Assembly: GCA_963814585.1 (NCBI GenBank)
Contig: CAWFDF010000003.1
Coordinates: forward strand, 448,001-512,000
Direction of reading: 5' to 3'
Source: an uncultured delta proteobacterium
GTDB lineage: Bacteria > Myxococcota > Myxococcia > Myxococcales > Anaeromyxobacteraceae
DNA length: 64,000 bases
A program made the position numbers and the translations under genes. Below the pieces are notes generated by a model. It worked only from the letters and a program-made list of their open reading frames with translations, was not told where the DNA came from and ran no database searches. Below are positions 1-10,157 of the stretch, piece after piece. The first letter of the stretch is position 1. Every line of letters starts with the position of its first letter.

Positions 1-276
1 CGCCGCGGCGGCCCGCCGCCACGCGGTGAGCGCGGCCAGCAGCCCGGCCGGCTCGGCGCGGCGCGGCCAGGCGGCGTCGCCCTCGGCCAGGGCCGCCGCG
101 ACGGCCTCCGGTCCGAGCGCGGTCGCCGCCGGCTCGGCCGGTCCGCGCTGGCAGCCGGCCACGGCGAGGAGCAGGCCGAGCGCGAGGGGTGCTCCCACGG
201 CGCCCTTCGCCGGGCCCGGCGCGGCCCGCCAGCGCGCGCCGCAGCGGGAGTCGGGCCGGGCGGGTGGCGCTCTCAC
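1..276 (-). CDS. Putative lipoprotein, 3' end runs off the window
   Basis: GTG at 276 overlaps the TGA of the upstream gene (GTGA). Manual translation gives ...GAPLALGLLLAVAGCQRGPAEP..., a hydrophobic stretch with a lipobox. The frame stays open to position 1. Confidence 0.55.
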   Translation of the reverse strand, partial: MRAPPARPDSRCGARWRAAPGPAKGAVGAPLALGLLLAVAGCQRGPAEPAATALGPEAVAAALAEGDAAWPRRAEPAGLLAALTAWRRAAAA

Positions 277-1145
277 CTGCGCTTCTTGGCCGGAGCCTTC
301 TTCGCCGGCTTCCTCGGCGCGGGCTTCCGGGCCGGCTTCCTCGAGGCCTTCCGGGGGGCCGGCTTCCGGCCGCCCTTCCCCGGGGCGGGCCTCCTGGCGG
401 CCTGGCGGGGGGCGGCCTTTCCGCCCCGCTTCGCCGAGGAGGCCTTCCCCGCGGCCGGCTTCCTGGCCAACGGCCTGGCGCTGGCAGCCGGCCTCGGCTC
501 CGCCCCGGGGACCGAGGTGGACTTGGCACCGGCCGCCGGCGACGGCGGCGGCGGCGGCGCGATGGGGCGGGCCGGCTGGAGCGGCCGAGGCGCCATCGCC
601 GGCCGCTGCGGCATGGCGCGGCTCAGGCGGGCGAGCCGCGCCTCCTCCTCGGCCAGGGTCACGTGGAGCGGCGGCTGGCCGGCGCGCTGCCGGGTCTCGT
701 CCTCGGCGGAGTAGAAGAGCTGGTAGGTGGCGAGGCCGCGGGTCACCAGCTCGCCGCGCTGGTTCTCGGCCCAGAGCTCGAGGTCCATGGTGTAGGCGTC
801 GCCCGGCTCGAAGCGCCGCTCCACCACCCGACCGCGCGCCGTGAGGACGTCGCCCGGCCAGATGAACTTCACCAGGCGGGCCTGCAGCTTCCTGAGGCGC
901 GCCCCGCGGGTCCAGTCGGTGGCCAGCTCGGCGAGGAAGCCCATGCCGATGGTGCCGGGGGCGAAGGCGCTCGGGAAGCCGGAGGCGCGGGCGTGGGGCT
1001 CGTCGATGTAGAGCGGGTTCCAGTCGCCGGCGGCGCCGACGTAGCGGGCGATCTGCATCCGGTCGACCGGCGGCTTGAGCAGCGGCGGGAGCTCGTCGCC
1101 CACCTTGACGGCATCGAAGTAGAGCTGGCGCACGTTGATGGACAT
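273..1145 (-). CDS. MaoC-like (R)-specific hydratase/dehydratase with a long Lys/Arg/Ala/Pro-rich C-terminal tail
   Basis: Hot-dog fold motif YVGAAGDWNPLYIDEPHARASGF...PGTIGMG and VKFIWPGDVL. Tail ...KPAPRKPAKKAPAKKRR. Confidence 0.8.
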   Translation of the reverse strand: MSINVRQLYFDAVKVGDELPPLLKPPVDRMQIARYVGAAGDWNPLYIDEPHARASGFPSAFAPGTIGMGFLAELATDWTRGARLRKLQARLVKFIWPGDVLTARGRVVERRFEPGDAYTMDLELWAENQRGELVTRGLATYQLFYSAEDETRQRAGQPPLHVTLAEEEARLARLSRAMPQRPAMAPRPLQPARPIAPPPPPSPAAGAKSTSVPGAEPRPAASARPLARKPAAGKASSAKRGGKAAPRQAARRPAPGKGGRKPAPRKASRKPARKPAPRKPAKKAPAKKRR

Positions 1146-1151
1146 CGTCCC

Positions 1152-1589
1152 CTACCCCCGCCGAAGGATGAAGGTGGCCCGCGACCGGAAGACCAGCGCG
1201 CCCTGCTCGTCGCGCCCCTCGTCCTCGATCACGATGACGTCCATCGGGCCGCTGGCGCCGGACCGCTCCTGCACGTCGGCCACCTTGGAGCGGACCGTGA
1301 GCCGGTCACCTGCCACCAGGGGCCGGGCGAACTCGAAGGCCTGCTCCCCGTGGAGCATGGAGCGGGTGCCGAGGTCGAGCGAGTGGCGGAAGCGCTCGCC
1401 CCAGCCGAGCGTGAGCGCGAAGGTGGGCGGCGCCACCAGGCCCGGATACCCGGCGGCGCGGGCCGCCGCCTCGTCGAGCGCCAGCGGGTTGGGATCGCCG
1501 AGCGCCTCGGCGAAGCGCCGGATGGCCCCCTTCTCCACCTCGTGGAGGACGGGCTCGCTCACTCGGCCGATGAGGGACTTGTCGAGCAT
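1152..1589 (-). CDS. MaoC dehydratase N-terminal/HadA-like partner subunit
   Basis: VEKGAIRRFAEALGDPNP...APPTF...LHGEQAFEFARPLVAGD is typical of the HadA/FAS1-dehydratase family. Adjacent to the MaoC gene. Confidence 0.8.
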   Translation of the reverse strand: MLDKSLIGRVSEPVLHEVEKGAIRRFAEALGDPNPLALDEAAARAAGYPGLVAPPTFALTLGWGERFRHSLDLGTRSMLHGEQAFEFARPLVAGDRLTVRSKVADVQERSGASGPMDVIVIEDEGRDEQGALVFRSRATFILRRG

Positions 1590-1602
1590 GATGGCTCCGG
1601 GC

Positions 1603-2583
1603 CTATCGCCCTGCCGGCAGGTCGAGGACCGTGATCAGCCCCCGCCGCTCGGTGATGGCCAGCGCCGCGTGCACCACGGTGTTGGCGGTGGCCGCCTGGC
1701 CCGGGATCCCCCCGGGCACCACCGCGCGCAGCGGCGGATCGGCGTCGATCTCCACCTCGTCGCGCGGGTGCTCCGCGCCGAGGGTGAACTGCAGCTCCAG
1801 CCGGACCACCTCCCGGCCCTCCGAGAAGGCGCGCGCCACCTGCTGGACACCCGCCACCTGCCCCGCCTCGACGCCGTGGCCGGCCTCCTCGGCGAGCAGC
1901 GGCGTCAGCTCCTCGTCCACCTCGTCGAACTCGATCCCGCAGCCGACGGCGGCCAGCGCCGCCGACTCGGCCAGCCCGGCCTGCCCCAGCTCGCCGCGCT
2001 GGTCGGCGGCCTCGAACGCCTCGGCGCCGAGCCCGATGCCGAGCCGCCTCCGGTCCGGCCCGTGGCCGCCGGCGAGATCCACCACCCGCAGCCCCTTGAC
2101 ATGGCGCACCTCTCCCACCACCTGGGCCAGCACCGCCGGCAGCCGGTCGAGCGAGAAGCCGGGGCTGACCCCGGTGGCGACCACCCCGACGTCGTGGGCC
2201 TCGCAGAAGAGATCGAGCGCGTCGGCCTCGGACTCGTGGTGGAGCCACGGCCAGGCCAGCTCCTCGCAGGTGGAGACCACCGAGCAGCCCGCCTTCACCG
2301 CGCGTCGAATGACGGGGAGGGCCTCGGCGAAGGAGGACGTGGTGGCCATGATGACCACGCCGCCGCGGGCCTCGATGAAGCCGGGGGCCGGGTCGGCGCC
2401 GACGGTGAGCCCCCCGGCCGGCCGGCCGATCAGCTGGTCGAGCTTCTTCCCGAGCAGCGACGGCGCCAGGTCGACGGCGGCCACCAGGCGGAACTCCGGG
2501 CGTGCGACCAGGGCCCGGGCGATTCCCCGCCCGACCTCGCCGAGTCCCATGAGCACGACCGGAATGGCTGCTTCGGCCACCAC
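1603..2583 (-). CDS. NAD(P)H-dependent amine dehydrogenase / DapB-like oxidoreductase (2,4-diaminopentanoate dehydrogenase-like)
   Basis: Rossmann motif GLGEVG, then VVSTCEELAWPW, ATGVSPGF and GGIPGQAATA. Start uncertain (ORF is open to 2673). Confidence 0.7.
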   Translation of the reverse strand: MVAEAAIPVVLMGLGEVGRGIARALVARPEFRLVAAVDLAPSLLGKKLDQLIGRPAGGLTVGADPAPGFIEARGGVVIMATTSSFAEALPVIRRAVKAGCSVVSTCEELAWPWLHHESEADALDLFCEAHDVGVVATGVSPGFSLDRLPAVLAQVVGEVRHVKGLRVVDLAGGHGPDRRRLGIGLGAEAFEAADQRGELGQAGLAESAALAAVGCGIEFDEVDEELTPLLAEEAGHGVEAGQVAGVQQVARAFSEGREVVRLELQFTLGAEHPRDEVEIDADPPLRAVVPGGIPGQAATANTVVHAALAITERRGLITVLDLPAGR

Positions 2584-2801
2584 TGCCCTCGAGCGTCGCT
2601 TCCGGAGCCCGGGAACGCCCGGATCTCCGAAGGTTGACGCACCTTTATAGGGCATCGCCTGATCGGCTATCAAGAAAAGCCGATGGCTCGGGCCGATCTC
2701 GACCCGCCCGGGGCGTGAATCGAACCGTGGGCCGAGCGGCGACAGCGCGCCGCGTCAAGCCGTTGACGTCCCTGGGGAATGCGTGACCGCCGGCGGCCCG
2801 G

Positions 2802-3515
2802 TCAACCGCTGATGAGCCGCTCCAGCAGCTCCTTCGCCGCCGGCTCTGACCAGTCCATGTCGCCGATGACGTAGGCCGCGATCCGGCCAGACTTGTCCAC
2901 GATGTAGCTCTCCGGGAACTTCACGTCGTCGGGAGCGCAGGCGCCGCGGCCGGTGCAGTACCAGGGTCGAACCGTCAACTTGGCCTCGGGGTCGAGCGCC
3001 ACCGCCACGCTGGCGGGGAGGCGGCCGCCCTGCTCCGGGCTCCTGAAGAACTGCTTCACCAGGTCGGCCGATTCGTCGACCGAGACGGCCACCATCTTGA
3101 ACCTGCCGGGGTGCCGGGCCGTGAGCTCCTGCCCCAACCTCACCATGGCGGGCATCTCCTTGGCGCAGGGCGGGCACCAGGTGGCCCAGAAGTTCACGAA
3201 CACCACCTGCCCCTTCAGGGAGGCCAGGTCGAAGCGCCCGCCGTCGACGGTGGGCAGGCGGAGCGGCGGGGCCACCGGCGGCGCCCTGGAGAGGAGCAGC
3301 CGTCCCAGGGCCAGCGGCTCGGGGGCCGGCGGCCCGGCGGGCATGGGGCGGGCCACCGCCGGGGGGGTCGCCGATGGCACCGCCGCCCGGGTCAGCTCCT
3401 CCACCTGATGGGTCGTGTCCCACGCCTTCCACGCCGCGGCGGCGAGCACCACCGCGAAGACCCCGGCGGCGACGACGGCCTGCCGGCTGGGCTTGCTCGA
3501 TTCGGTCTGGGCCAT
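2802..3515 (-). CDS. TlpA/ResA family thiol-disulfide oxidoreductase, membrane anchored
   Basis: VFVNFWATWCPPCAKEMP motif, KFPESYIVD cis-Pro loop and an N-terminal TM helix. Confidence 0.85.
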   Translation of the reverse strand: MAQTESSKPSRQAVVAAGVFAVVLAAAAWKAWDTTHQVEELTRAAVPSATPPAVARPMPAGPPAPEPLALGRLLLSRAPPVAPPLRLPTVDGGRFDLASLKGQVVFVNFWATWCPPCAKEMPAMVRLGQELTARHPGRFKMVAVSVDESADLVKQFFRSPEQGGRLPASVAVALDPEAKLTVRPWYCTGRGACAPDDVKFPESYIVDKSGRIAAYVIGDMDWSEPAAKELLERLISG

Positions 3516-3591
3516 GATCCGGGCTTATGCCACGGACCCCTGGCTTGCCGCCACCGGCCCGGCGGGCGACACTCCGTGCGTGCGCGGCCTC

Positions 3592-4698
3592 ATGGGCAGC
3601 TTCGCGATCCTCCCGCTCGGCGACCTGCTCGAGCTCGTCTCGCGGCGCGGCCTGGCGGGGACCCTCACCTGCGAGCGCGGCACGGTGAAGAAGTCCCTCC
3701 AGCTGGCCGGGGGCAAGGCGGTGGGCGCCTCCTCCAACGACTCGCGGGACCAGTTCGGCCAGCTGCTCGTCAACTTCAACCACCTCGACGAGGCCGCCAT
3801 GCAGCGCGCCATCCAGGTGCAGATGGAGACCACGGTCCGGATCGGCCGGGTGCTGGTCATGACCGGCCTGGTCACCGCCGAGGTGGTGCGCGAGGTGCTG
3901 GCCATCAAGATCCGCGAGACCATCCTCGACATCCTGCTCTGGGAGTCGGGGCTGTTCCGCTTCGACGACACGCCCCCGGCCCCGGTGGACGAGCTCGACA
4001 CCTCGGTGCCGATCGGCGAGGTGCTCCAGGAGGCGGAGTTCCGCGGCACGGCCTGGAGCGCCTTCCGCGGCGAGTTCCCCTCCGGCGTCGGCACGCTGGA
4101 GGTGGACGACGCCCGGGTCCCGGCCTCCATGACCCCCGAGACGGTGGACGGCCGGCTGCTCCAGCTGGCGCGGGAGGGCCGGACCATCGACGAGCTGGGG
4201 CTGGCGCTGCGGGCCACCGACTTCCACCTCTACCAGCGGCTCTACGCGCTGGCGCGCCAGGGGATCGTGCGCGCGGCGCCGGCCCGCCACGCCGGGGGCG
4301 ATCCGGGGCGCCTCACCTCGGGGGCCGCCGAGCTCATCGAGCGGGCCCGCGGCCTGCTGGCCGACGGGCTCGCCGACGACGCCGAGCTGGTGGCCACCAG
4401 CGCGGTGGCGCTGGCGCCCCACTCCGGCGAGGCCCATGACCTGCTGGTGGAGGCCGAGCGGCTCCTCTCGCAGCAGCTCCGCGCCGACCTGCTGGAGCCG
4501 GGCCGGGTGGCGCGCCGGGTGGTGGACGCGAGCGCCATCGCCGGCCTGAGGCTCCCCACCGTGGACAAGTACCTGCTCTCGCGCTGCGACGGCGTGCGGA
4601 CCGTGAAGCAGCTGGCCCAGCTGGCGCCGCTGCGCGAGCTCGACGTGCTGAAGACGCTGCGGCGGCTCGCCGACGGCGGACTGGTGGAGCTGGGCTGA
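3592..4698 (+). CDS. DUF4388 (PatA-N-like) domain protein
   Basis: GSFAILPLGDLLELV...GTLTCERG...W-ESGLFRF pattern, with an internal MshEN-like repeat. ATG at 3592 chosen within ORF 3415..4698. Confidence 0.7.
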   Translation: MGSFAILPLGDLLELVSRRGLAGTLTCERGTVKKSLQLAGGKAVGASSNDSRDQFGQLLVNFNHLDEAAMQRAIQVQMETTVRIGRVLVMTGLVTAEVVREVLAIKIRETILDILLWESGLFRFDDTPPAPVDELDTSVPIGEVLQEAEFRGTAWSAFRGEFPSGVGTLEVDDARVPASMTPETVDGRLLQLAREGRTIDELGLALRATDFHLYQRLYALARQGIVRAAPARHAGGDPGRLTSGAAELIERARGLLADGLADDAELVATSAVALAPHSGEAHDLLVEAERLLSQQLRADLLEPGRVARRVVDASAIAGLRLPTVDKYLLSRCDGVRTVKQLAQLAPLRELDVLKTLRRLADGGLVELG

Positions 4699-5574
4699 TC
4701 AGGCCTCGGCGGTGTCTTCGCCGGCCATCAGGTAGGGGTTCTGGCCGAGCCGCCGGTAGCCGCGCTCCCCCGCCAGGAGGTCCAGCGGCAGGGTGGCCAC
4801 GTCGTCGGCGAGCGGCTCGAGCAGCGGCCCCCGCTCGACGTAGAGCAGCTTCAGGTAGGCCTGGCAGGCGTCGCAGGCCTCGGCCCGCGCCGGTCCCTCG
4901 TCGCCCTCGACGGCCAGGTAGGAGACCGCCGCGCCGGAGCGGCACAGCACGCACTCGACGCGGGTGCGGTGCCAGGTGGTGGCGCACAGGCCGCAGACCA
5001 GGTAGCGGAGCTTGTCGTCGCCCAGCACCACGCCGGCGGTCGGCGAGGCGCCGCAGACCGGGCAGCCCTCCTCGACGCGGGCCACCGAGGCCGGGGCCAG
5101 GTCCGCGGCCAGGCCGGTGAAGGCCACCTGGAGCGCGGCGCCGGCGAAGAGCGCCACCGGGACGTCGAGGCGGGCCAGGCGCCCGGCCAGCACCCGCCCC
5201 GCCAGGGCGTCGAGGTCCTGGCCGGAGAGCCGCCCCAGCCGATCGAGCGCGGCCTGCGCCGGAGGCGGCACCGCGAAGTCGGAGAGCCCGGCGAGCAGGA
5301 GCCGAAGCGCCTCCTGCCAGCCCGGCGGCGGTGGGCCGGCCAGCTCGAGCGGGCGGGCACCGGCCGCCGTGGGCCTCGGCGCGGGGCCGCGCACCTCGGC
5401 CGCCACCCGCTGCGCCGCGGCCACCCGGGCCAGCAGCGCCAGGTAGTCGCCGGCGGCGTGGCCCGGCGCCAGGGCCTCGAAGCGGGCGGCGCGGCGGGCG
5501 AAGAGCGGCGCCGCGCCCGGGTGCGGGCGCAGGTACGGGACGTCACCCAGCTCGCCGCCGCCGGTCAGGTTCAA
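4699..5574 (-). CDS. fdhE: Formate dehydrogenase maturation protein FdhE
   Basis: CPVCG, RYLVCGLCATTW, CVLC and CDACQAYLK motifs. TTG start overlaps the fdnI stop. Last gene of the fdn operon. Confidence 0.88.
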   Translation of the reverse strand: MNLTGGGELGDVPYLRPHPGAAPLFARRAARFEALAPGHAAGDYLALLARVAAAQRVAAEVRGPAPRPTAAGARPLELAGPPPPGWQEALRLLLAGLSDFAVPPPAQAALDRLGRLSGQDLDALAGRVLAGRLARLDVPVALFAGAALQVAFTGLAADLAPASVARVEEGCPVCGASPTAGVVLGDDKLRYLVCGLCATTWHRTRVECVLCRSGAAVSYLAVEGDEGPARAEACDACQAYLKLLYVERGPLLEPLADDVATLPLDLLAGERGYRRLGQNPYLMAGEDTAEA

Positions 5575-6209
5575 TGGCGGTCCTTGGCGCTCACCTCCCG
5601 CTCCCAGGCCGGGTGGTGGAACCTGGCCCAGGCCCGGGTCACGGTGCCGCGGATGGCCGCGTCGATGGAGCCCTTGGTCCAGAGGGCCGCGTAGACGTGG
5701 ATGCCGATGCCCACGAACATGATGAAGGCGCAGATGGTGTGGACCAGCCCGGCGGCGCGGCGGGCCCCGGCCGAGAAGTGGGGCGCGAACCAGGGCTGCC
5801 AGAGGAGCACCCCGGTCACCGCCAGCACGGCGATGATGGGGACCATCGACCAGAACATCAGCTTCTGCCCGGCGTTGTACTTGTGGGTCTCGCCGATGTC
5901 GGCGTGCTCCTTGCGCATGTAGGCGGCCATGTGCTTGACCCACTTCGAGTCGTCGGGCTGCCACCGGTTGTCGGCCACCTGCATCAGCGCGTACGGGTAG
6001 AAGAGGATCACCAGCGCCGCCCCCGCCAGGGGGTGGAGGAACCGCATCAGCCCCCCGCCGCCGAGGACGTAGGAGAGCCAGTAGAAGAACGGGGAGAAGA
6101 GGGCCAGGCCGGAGAGGAAGAGGAAGGTGAAGACGATGGCCACCGCCCCGTGCGTCACCCTGGACCCGTTGGAGTGGCGCTGGATCAGCTCCTTGCCCGT
6201 GGCGGTCAT
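5571..6209 (-). CDS. fdnI: Formate dehydrogenase gamma subunit (cytochrome b556)
   Basis: Four TM helices with His ligands, KYNAGQKLMFW, HVYAALWTKGSI and WARFHHPAW. Confidence 0.93.
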   Translation of the reverse strand: MTATGKELIQRHSNGSRVTHGAVAIVFTFLFLSGLALFSPFFYWLSYVLGGGGLMRFLHPLAGAALVILFYPYALMQVADNRWQPDDSKWVKHMAAYMRKEHADIGETHKYNAGQKLMFWSMVPIIAVLAVTGVLLWQPWFAPHFSAGARRAAGLVHTICAFIMFVGIGIHVYAALWTKGSIDAAIRGTVTRAWARFHHPAWEREVSAKDRH

Positions 6210-7081
6210 GGCTTCACCCCCTGGTCACCCTCGGGCGGGACCTCGAGCGGCCCGTGGCGCATGTAGTGGAGGATCCCGGCGGCCAGCACCGCGAACATGG
6301 TGGCCACCCCGGCGGCGCGGGCCAGGCCGCTGCGCCAGACCTGCAGCAGCGGGCCCACCCGCGGGTTGGCCGGCAGGCCGTAGGCCTCCGGCCGGTCGCC
6401 GTGCGGCAGCACGAACACCACGTGGGTGCCGCCCACCCCCTTCGGATCGTAGACCGCCGCCTTGGCGAAGCCCCGCTCGCGGAGGTCCTCGAGGCGGTGC
6501 TCGGCCTGGAAGACCATCTCCTCCTTGGAGCCGAACGAGAGGGCCTGGGTGGGGCAGGACTTGACGCAGGCCGGCTCCAGCCCGACCGCGATCCGGTCGG
6601 AGCAGAGCGTGCACTTGTAGGCCTTGGAGTCCTTGGCGGAGAGGCGCGGGACGTTGAACGGGCAGCCGGCCGTGCAGTAGCCGCAGCCGATGCAGTGCTC
6701 CTGCTGGAAGTCGACCAGGCCGTTGGCGTACTGGACGATGGCGCCGGGGGCCGGGCAGGCCTTCAGGCAGCCCGGATCCTGGCAGTGCACGCAGCCGTCC
6801 TTGAGGATCAGCCACTGCAGCTGCCCGTCGATCACCTGCTCGTTGAACCGCATCAGCGTCCAGGACTGGTCGGAGAGGTCGCCGGGGCTGGTGTAGAAGC
6901 CCTCCTGCACCCCCACCTCGTCGCGGAGGTCGTTCCACTCCATGCAGGCCGACTGGCAGGCCTTGCAACCGATGCAGCGCGAGATGTCGATGAGCTTGGC
7001 CACCTCCAGCGTGGCGCGCGCCTGGGGCGGGGTCGAGGTGCTGGCCGACACGTTGACGACGTCGAGGGACATGAGTGCCAT
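6206..7081 (-). CDS. fdnH: Formate dehydrogenase beta (4x[4Fe-4S]) subunit
   Basis: CIGCKACQSAC, CVHCQDPGCLKACP, CIGCGYCTAGCPF, CTLCSDR...PACVKSCP and a C-terminal TM helix. Confidence 0.95.
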   Translation of the reverse strand: MALMSLDVVNVSASTSTPPQARATLEVAKLIDISRCIGCKACQSACMEWNDLRDEVGVQEGFYTSPGDLSDQSWTLMRFNEQVIDGQLQWLILKDGCVHCQDPGCLKACPAPGAIVQYANGLVDFQQEHCIGCGYCTAGCPFNVPRLSAKDSKAYKCTLCSDRIAVGLEPACVKSCPTQALSFGSKEEMVFQAEHRLEDLRERGFAKAAVYDPKGVGGTHVVFVLPHGDRPEAYGLPANPRVGPLLQVWRSGLARAAGVATMFAVLAAGILHYMRHGPLEVPPEGDQGVKP

Positions 7082-7091
7082 GGCGCGCTCC

Positions 7092-10000
7092 TCAGGCCTT
7101 CCGGACGTCGACCAGGAACGCCTTGAACTCGGGCGTCTGGATGTTGGCGTCGCCGATGAACGGCGTCAGCGTGTTGGTGAGGTGGCCGGGCTTGGTGAGC
7201 CCCTCGTACCCCCAGTGGATGGGCAGGCCGACGGTGTGGACCTCCCGTCCCTCGATCTTCAGGACGTGGATGCGCTTGGTGACCAGGGCCTTGACCTTGA
7301 TGAGGCCCCGCTTCGACTTGATCGCCACCAGGTCGCCGTTCTTGATGCCCCGCAGGCTGGCCAGCTCCTCGCCGATCTCGGCGAACGCCTCCGGCTGCAG
7401 CACCGCCGCGATGCGGGTGTGCTTGGTCCAGAAGTGGAAGTGCTCGGTGAGCCGGTAGGTGGTGGCCACGAAGGGGAACTCCTTGGCCTGCCCGAGCCGC
7501 TCCCGGTCCCCCTTGTAGAGCCGCGCCGCCGGGTTGGAGAGCGTCTTCACCCCGCCCTTGGGCGAGAAGGGGTTGGAGCCGAGCGGCGTCTCGAAGGGCT
7601 CGTAGTGCTCGGGGAAGGGCCCCTCGGCCATGCCGCCGAGCGCGAAGAGCCGCCCCACCCCCTCGTTGGTCATGATGAAGGGGGACATCCCGTCCTCGGG
7701 CGGCGAGTCGACCTTGAAGTCGGGGACGTCGGGGCCGACCCACTTCTTGCCGTTCCAGGAGAGGTACTTGCGCTTCGGGTCCCACGGCTTGCCGGCCGGG
7801 TCGGCCGAGGCGCGGTTGTAGAGGATGCGGCGGTTGGCCGGCCAGGACCAGGCCCAGCCGGGCGTGTTGCCGAGCCCGGTCGGATCGGCGGCGTCGCGCC
7901 GGGCCATCTGGTTGCCGTTCTGGGTCCAGCTGCCGGTGTAGATCCAGCAGCCGGCCGAGGTGGTGCCGTCGGCCTGCAGGTGGGCGAAGGTGGCCAGCTG
8001 CTCCCCCTCCTTGGCCAGGGTCTTGGTCTTGTCCTTGGGGTCGGGGATGTCGGCCAGCGCCTTGCCGTTGACCTCGCGAGCCACCTCCTCCGGCGACGGG
8101 GCGTGCGGCTTGGCGTAGGGCCAGGGGAGCTTGACGATGGGGTCGGGGAAGGTGCCGCCCTCCTTCTTGTAGAGCTCCCGGAGCGCCTGGAAGATGCCGG
8201 CCATGACGTCGATGTCGGGGCGGGCCTCGCCGGGCGGCTCGGCCGCCTTCCAGTGCCACTGCAGCTGCCGGCTGCTGTTGGTGAGCGACCCGTCCTCCTC
8301 GGCGAAGCAGGTGGTGGGGAGCCGGAAGACCTCGGTCTGGATCGACTTGCTGTCGACGTCGTTGAACTCGCCGTGGTTCTGCCAGAAGGTCGAGGTCTCG
8401 GTGACCAGCGGGTCGATCACCACCAGGTACTTGAGCTTGGAGAGCGCGGGGATGAGCTTGCCCTTGTCCGGCACGGAGGCCAGCGGGTTGAAGCCCTGGC
8501 AGAAGTAGCCGTTGATCTTCCCCTGGTACATCAGCTCGAAGGTGGCGAGGATGTCGTAGGTCTTGTCGTTCTTGGGGAGCCAGTCGAAGCGGAAGTCGTT
8601 CTCCTTCTGCGCCTCGGCCCCGAACCAGGCCTTGAGCAGCGAGACGAAGAACTTGGGGAAGTTCTGCAGGTAGTTCATCTGCCCGGGGCGCACCGCCTTG
8701 GGTGTCCGCTTCTCCAGGAACGTCTTGAGGTCCGGCTCCTTCTCGGTGGGCAGCCCGAGGTAGCCGGGGAGCAGGTGGCTCATGACGCCGAGGTCGGTGA
8801 GCCCCTGGATGTTGGAGTGGCCGCGCAGCGCGTTGACGCCTCCGCCGGGCATCCCCATGTTGCCGAGCAGCAGCTGGATGCAGGCGATGGCGCGGATGTT
8901 CTGCGAGCCGACGGTGTGCTGGGTCCAGCCGAGCGCGTAGAGGCTGGTCATCACCTTGTCGGGCGCCGACGTCGAGCCGATGAGCTTGCAGATCTCCAGG
9001 AAGTCGGCGGCGGGGACGCCGGTGGTGCGGGCCACCAGCTCCGGCGTGTAGCGGGCATAGTGGCGCTTCATGGCCTGGTAGACGCAGGCCGGATCCTGCA
9101 GCGTCGGGTCGATCTTGGCCTGGCCGTCCTTGTCGACCTGGTACTTCCAGGTGGCCTTGTCGTAGCTGCGCTTGGCCTCGTCGTAGCCGGTGAAGAGCCC
9201 GTCGTCGAAGCCGAACCCGGGATCGACGAGGAAGGCGGCGTTGGTGTAGCTGCGGACGTACTCCTTCTGGACGAGGTCGTTCTCCAGCAGGTGGTGGATG
9301 ACGCCGCCGAGGAAGGCGATGTCGGTGCCGGGCCGGAGCTGCGCGAACTTGTCGGCCACCGCCGCGGTCCGCGTGAAGCGCGGATCGACCACGATGAGCC
9401 GGGCCTTGTTCTTGATCTTGGCCTCGATCACCCACTTGAAGCCGCAGGGGTGGGCCTCGGCGGGGTTGCCGCCCATCACCAGCACCACGTCGGCGTTCTT
9501 GATGTCCGCCCAGTGGTTCGTCATCGCGCCACGGCCGAAGGAGGGGGCCAGACCGGCCACCGTGGGGCCGTGTCAAACGCGCGCTTGGTTGTCCAGGGCG
9601 GTCATCCCCATGGCGCGGATGACCTTGTTGGTGATGTAGCCCGACTCGTTGGAGGAGGCCGACGCCGCCAGGAAGGCGACGCTGGTCCAGCGGTTGACGG
9701 TGACCTCGCCGCTCTTCTGCAGGAAGTTCCTGTCGCGATCGTCCTTCATGAGCCGCGCGATCCGCCCCAGCGCGAAGTCCCAGCTGACGCGCTTCCACTC
9801 GGTCTCGCCGGGGCCGCGGTGCTCGGGGTACCTGAGCCGGTTGGGGCTCTTGACGAAGTCGAGGAGCGCAGCGCCCTTGGGGCAGAGCGTGCCGCGGTTG
9901 ACCGGGTGATCGGGGTCGCCCTCGACGTGGATGATCTCGGTGCGGGCGTTCTTGGCCTTGTCGCCGAGGCCGTAGAGGATGACGCCGCAGCCAACCGAGC

Positions 10001-10157
10001 AGTACGGGCAGGTGTTGCGGGTCTCCGAGGTGCGCGCCAGCTTGAACTGCCTCACCTCGGCGAGGGTGCGGCCGGGCGAGAAGCCGAGGGCGACCAGGCT
10101 GCTGCCGGCCAGCCCTCCGGCGGTGACCTTCATGAACTGTCTGCGAGTGACGGTCAT
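7092..10157 (-). CDS. fdnG: Formate dehydrogenase-N alpha subunit, selenoprotein (in-frame UGA at 9573-9575 read as Sec)
   Basis: Tat signal TRRQFMK and CPYCSVGCG. ORFs 9573..10157 and 7092..9560 share a frame and join as [28 protein letters not shown], the FdnG/FdoG active-site motif. Confidence 0.95.
9530..9572 (-). promoter_or_regulatory. Bacterial SECIS element immediately 3' of the Sec UGA
   Basis: Minus-strand UGA-CACGGCC-CCACGGU-GGCCG-GUC-UGGCC-CCCUCCUUC-GGCCGUG: a 7-bp lower stem, and an upper stem with a GU apical loop and a preceding U, resembling E. coli fdhF/fdnG SECIS. Confidence 0.85.

Noticed and set aside
2754..2767. GTCAA-GCCG-TTGAC palindrome as a third FNR-like box
   Set aside because: The half-sites are in the opposite orientation to an FNR site. 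It may be a small hairpin after the TlpA gene.
9573..9575. fdnG as a nonsense pseudogene
   Set aside because: The TGA is at the known Sec position and is followed by a SECIS-like hairpin.
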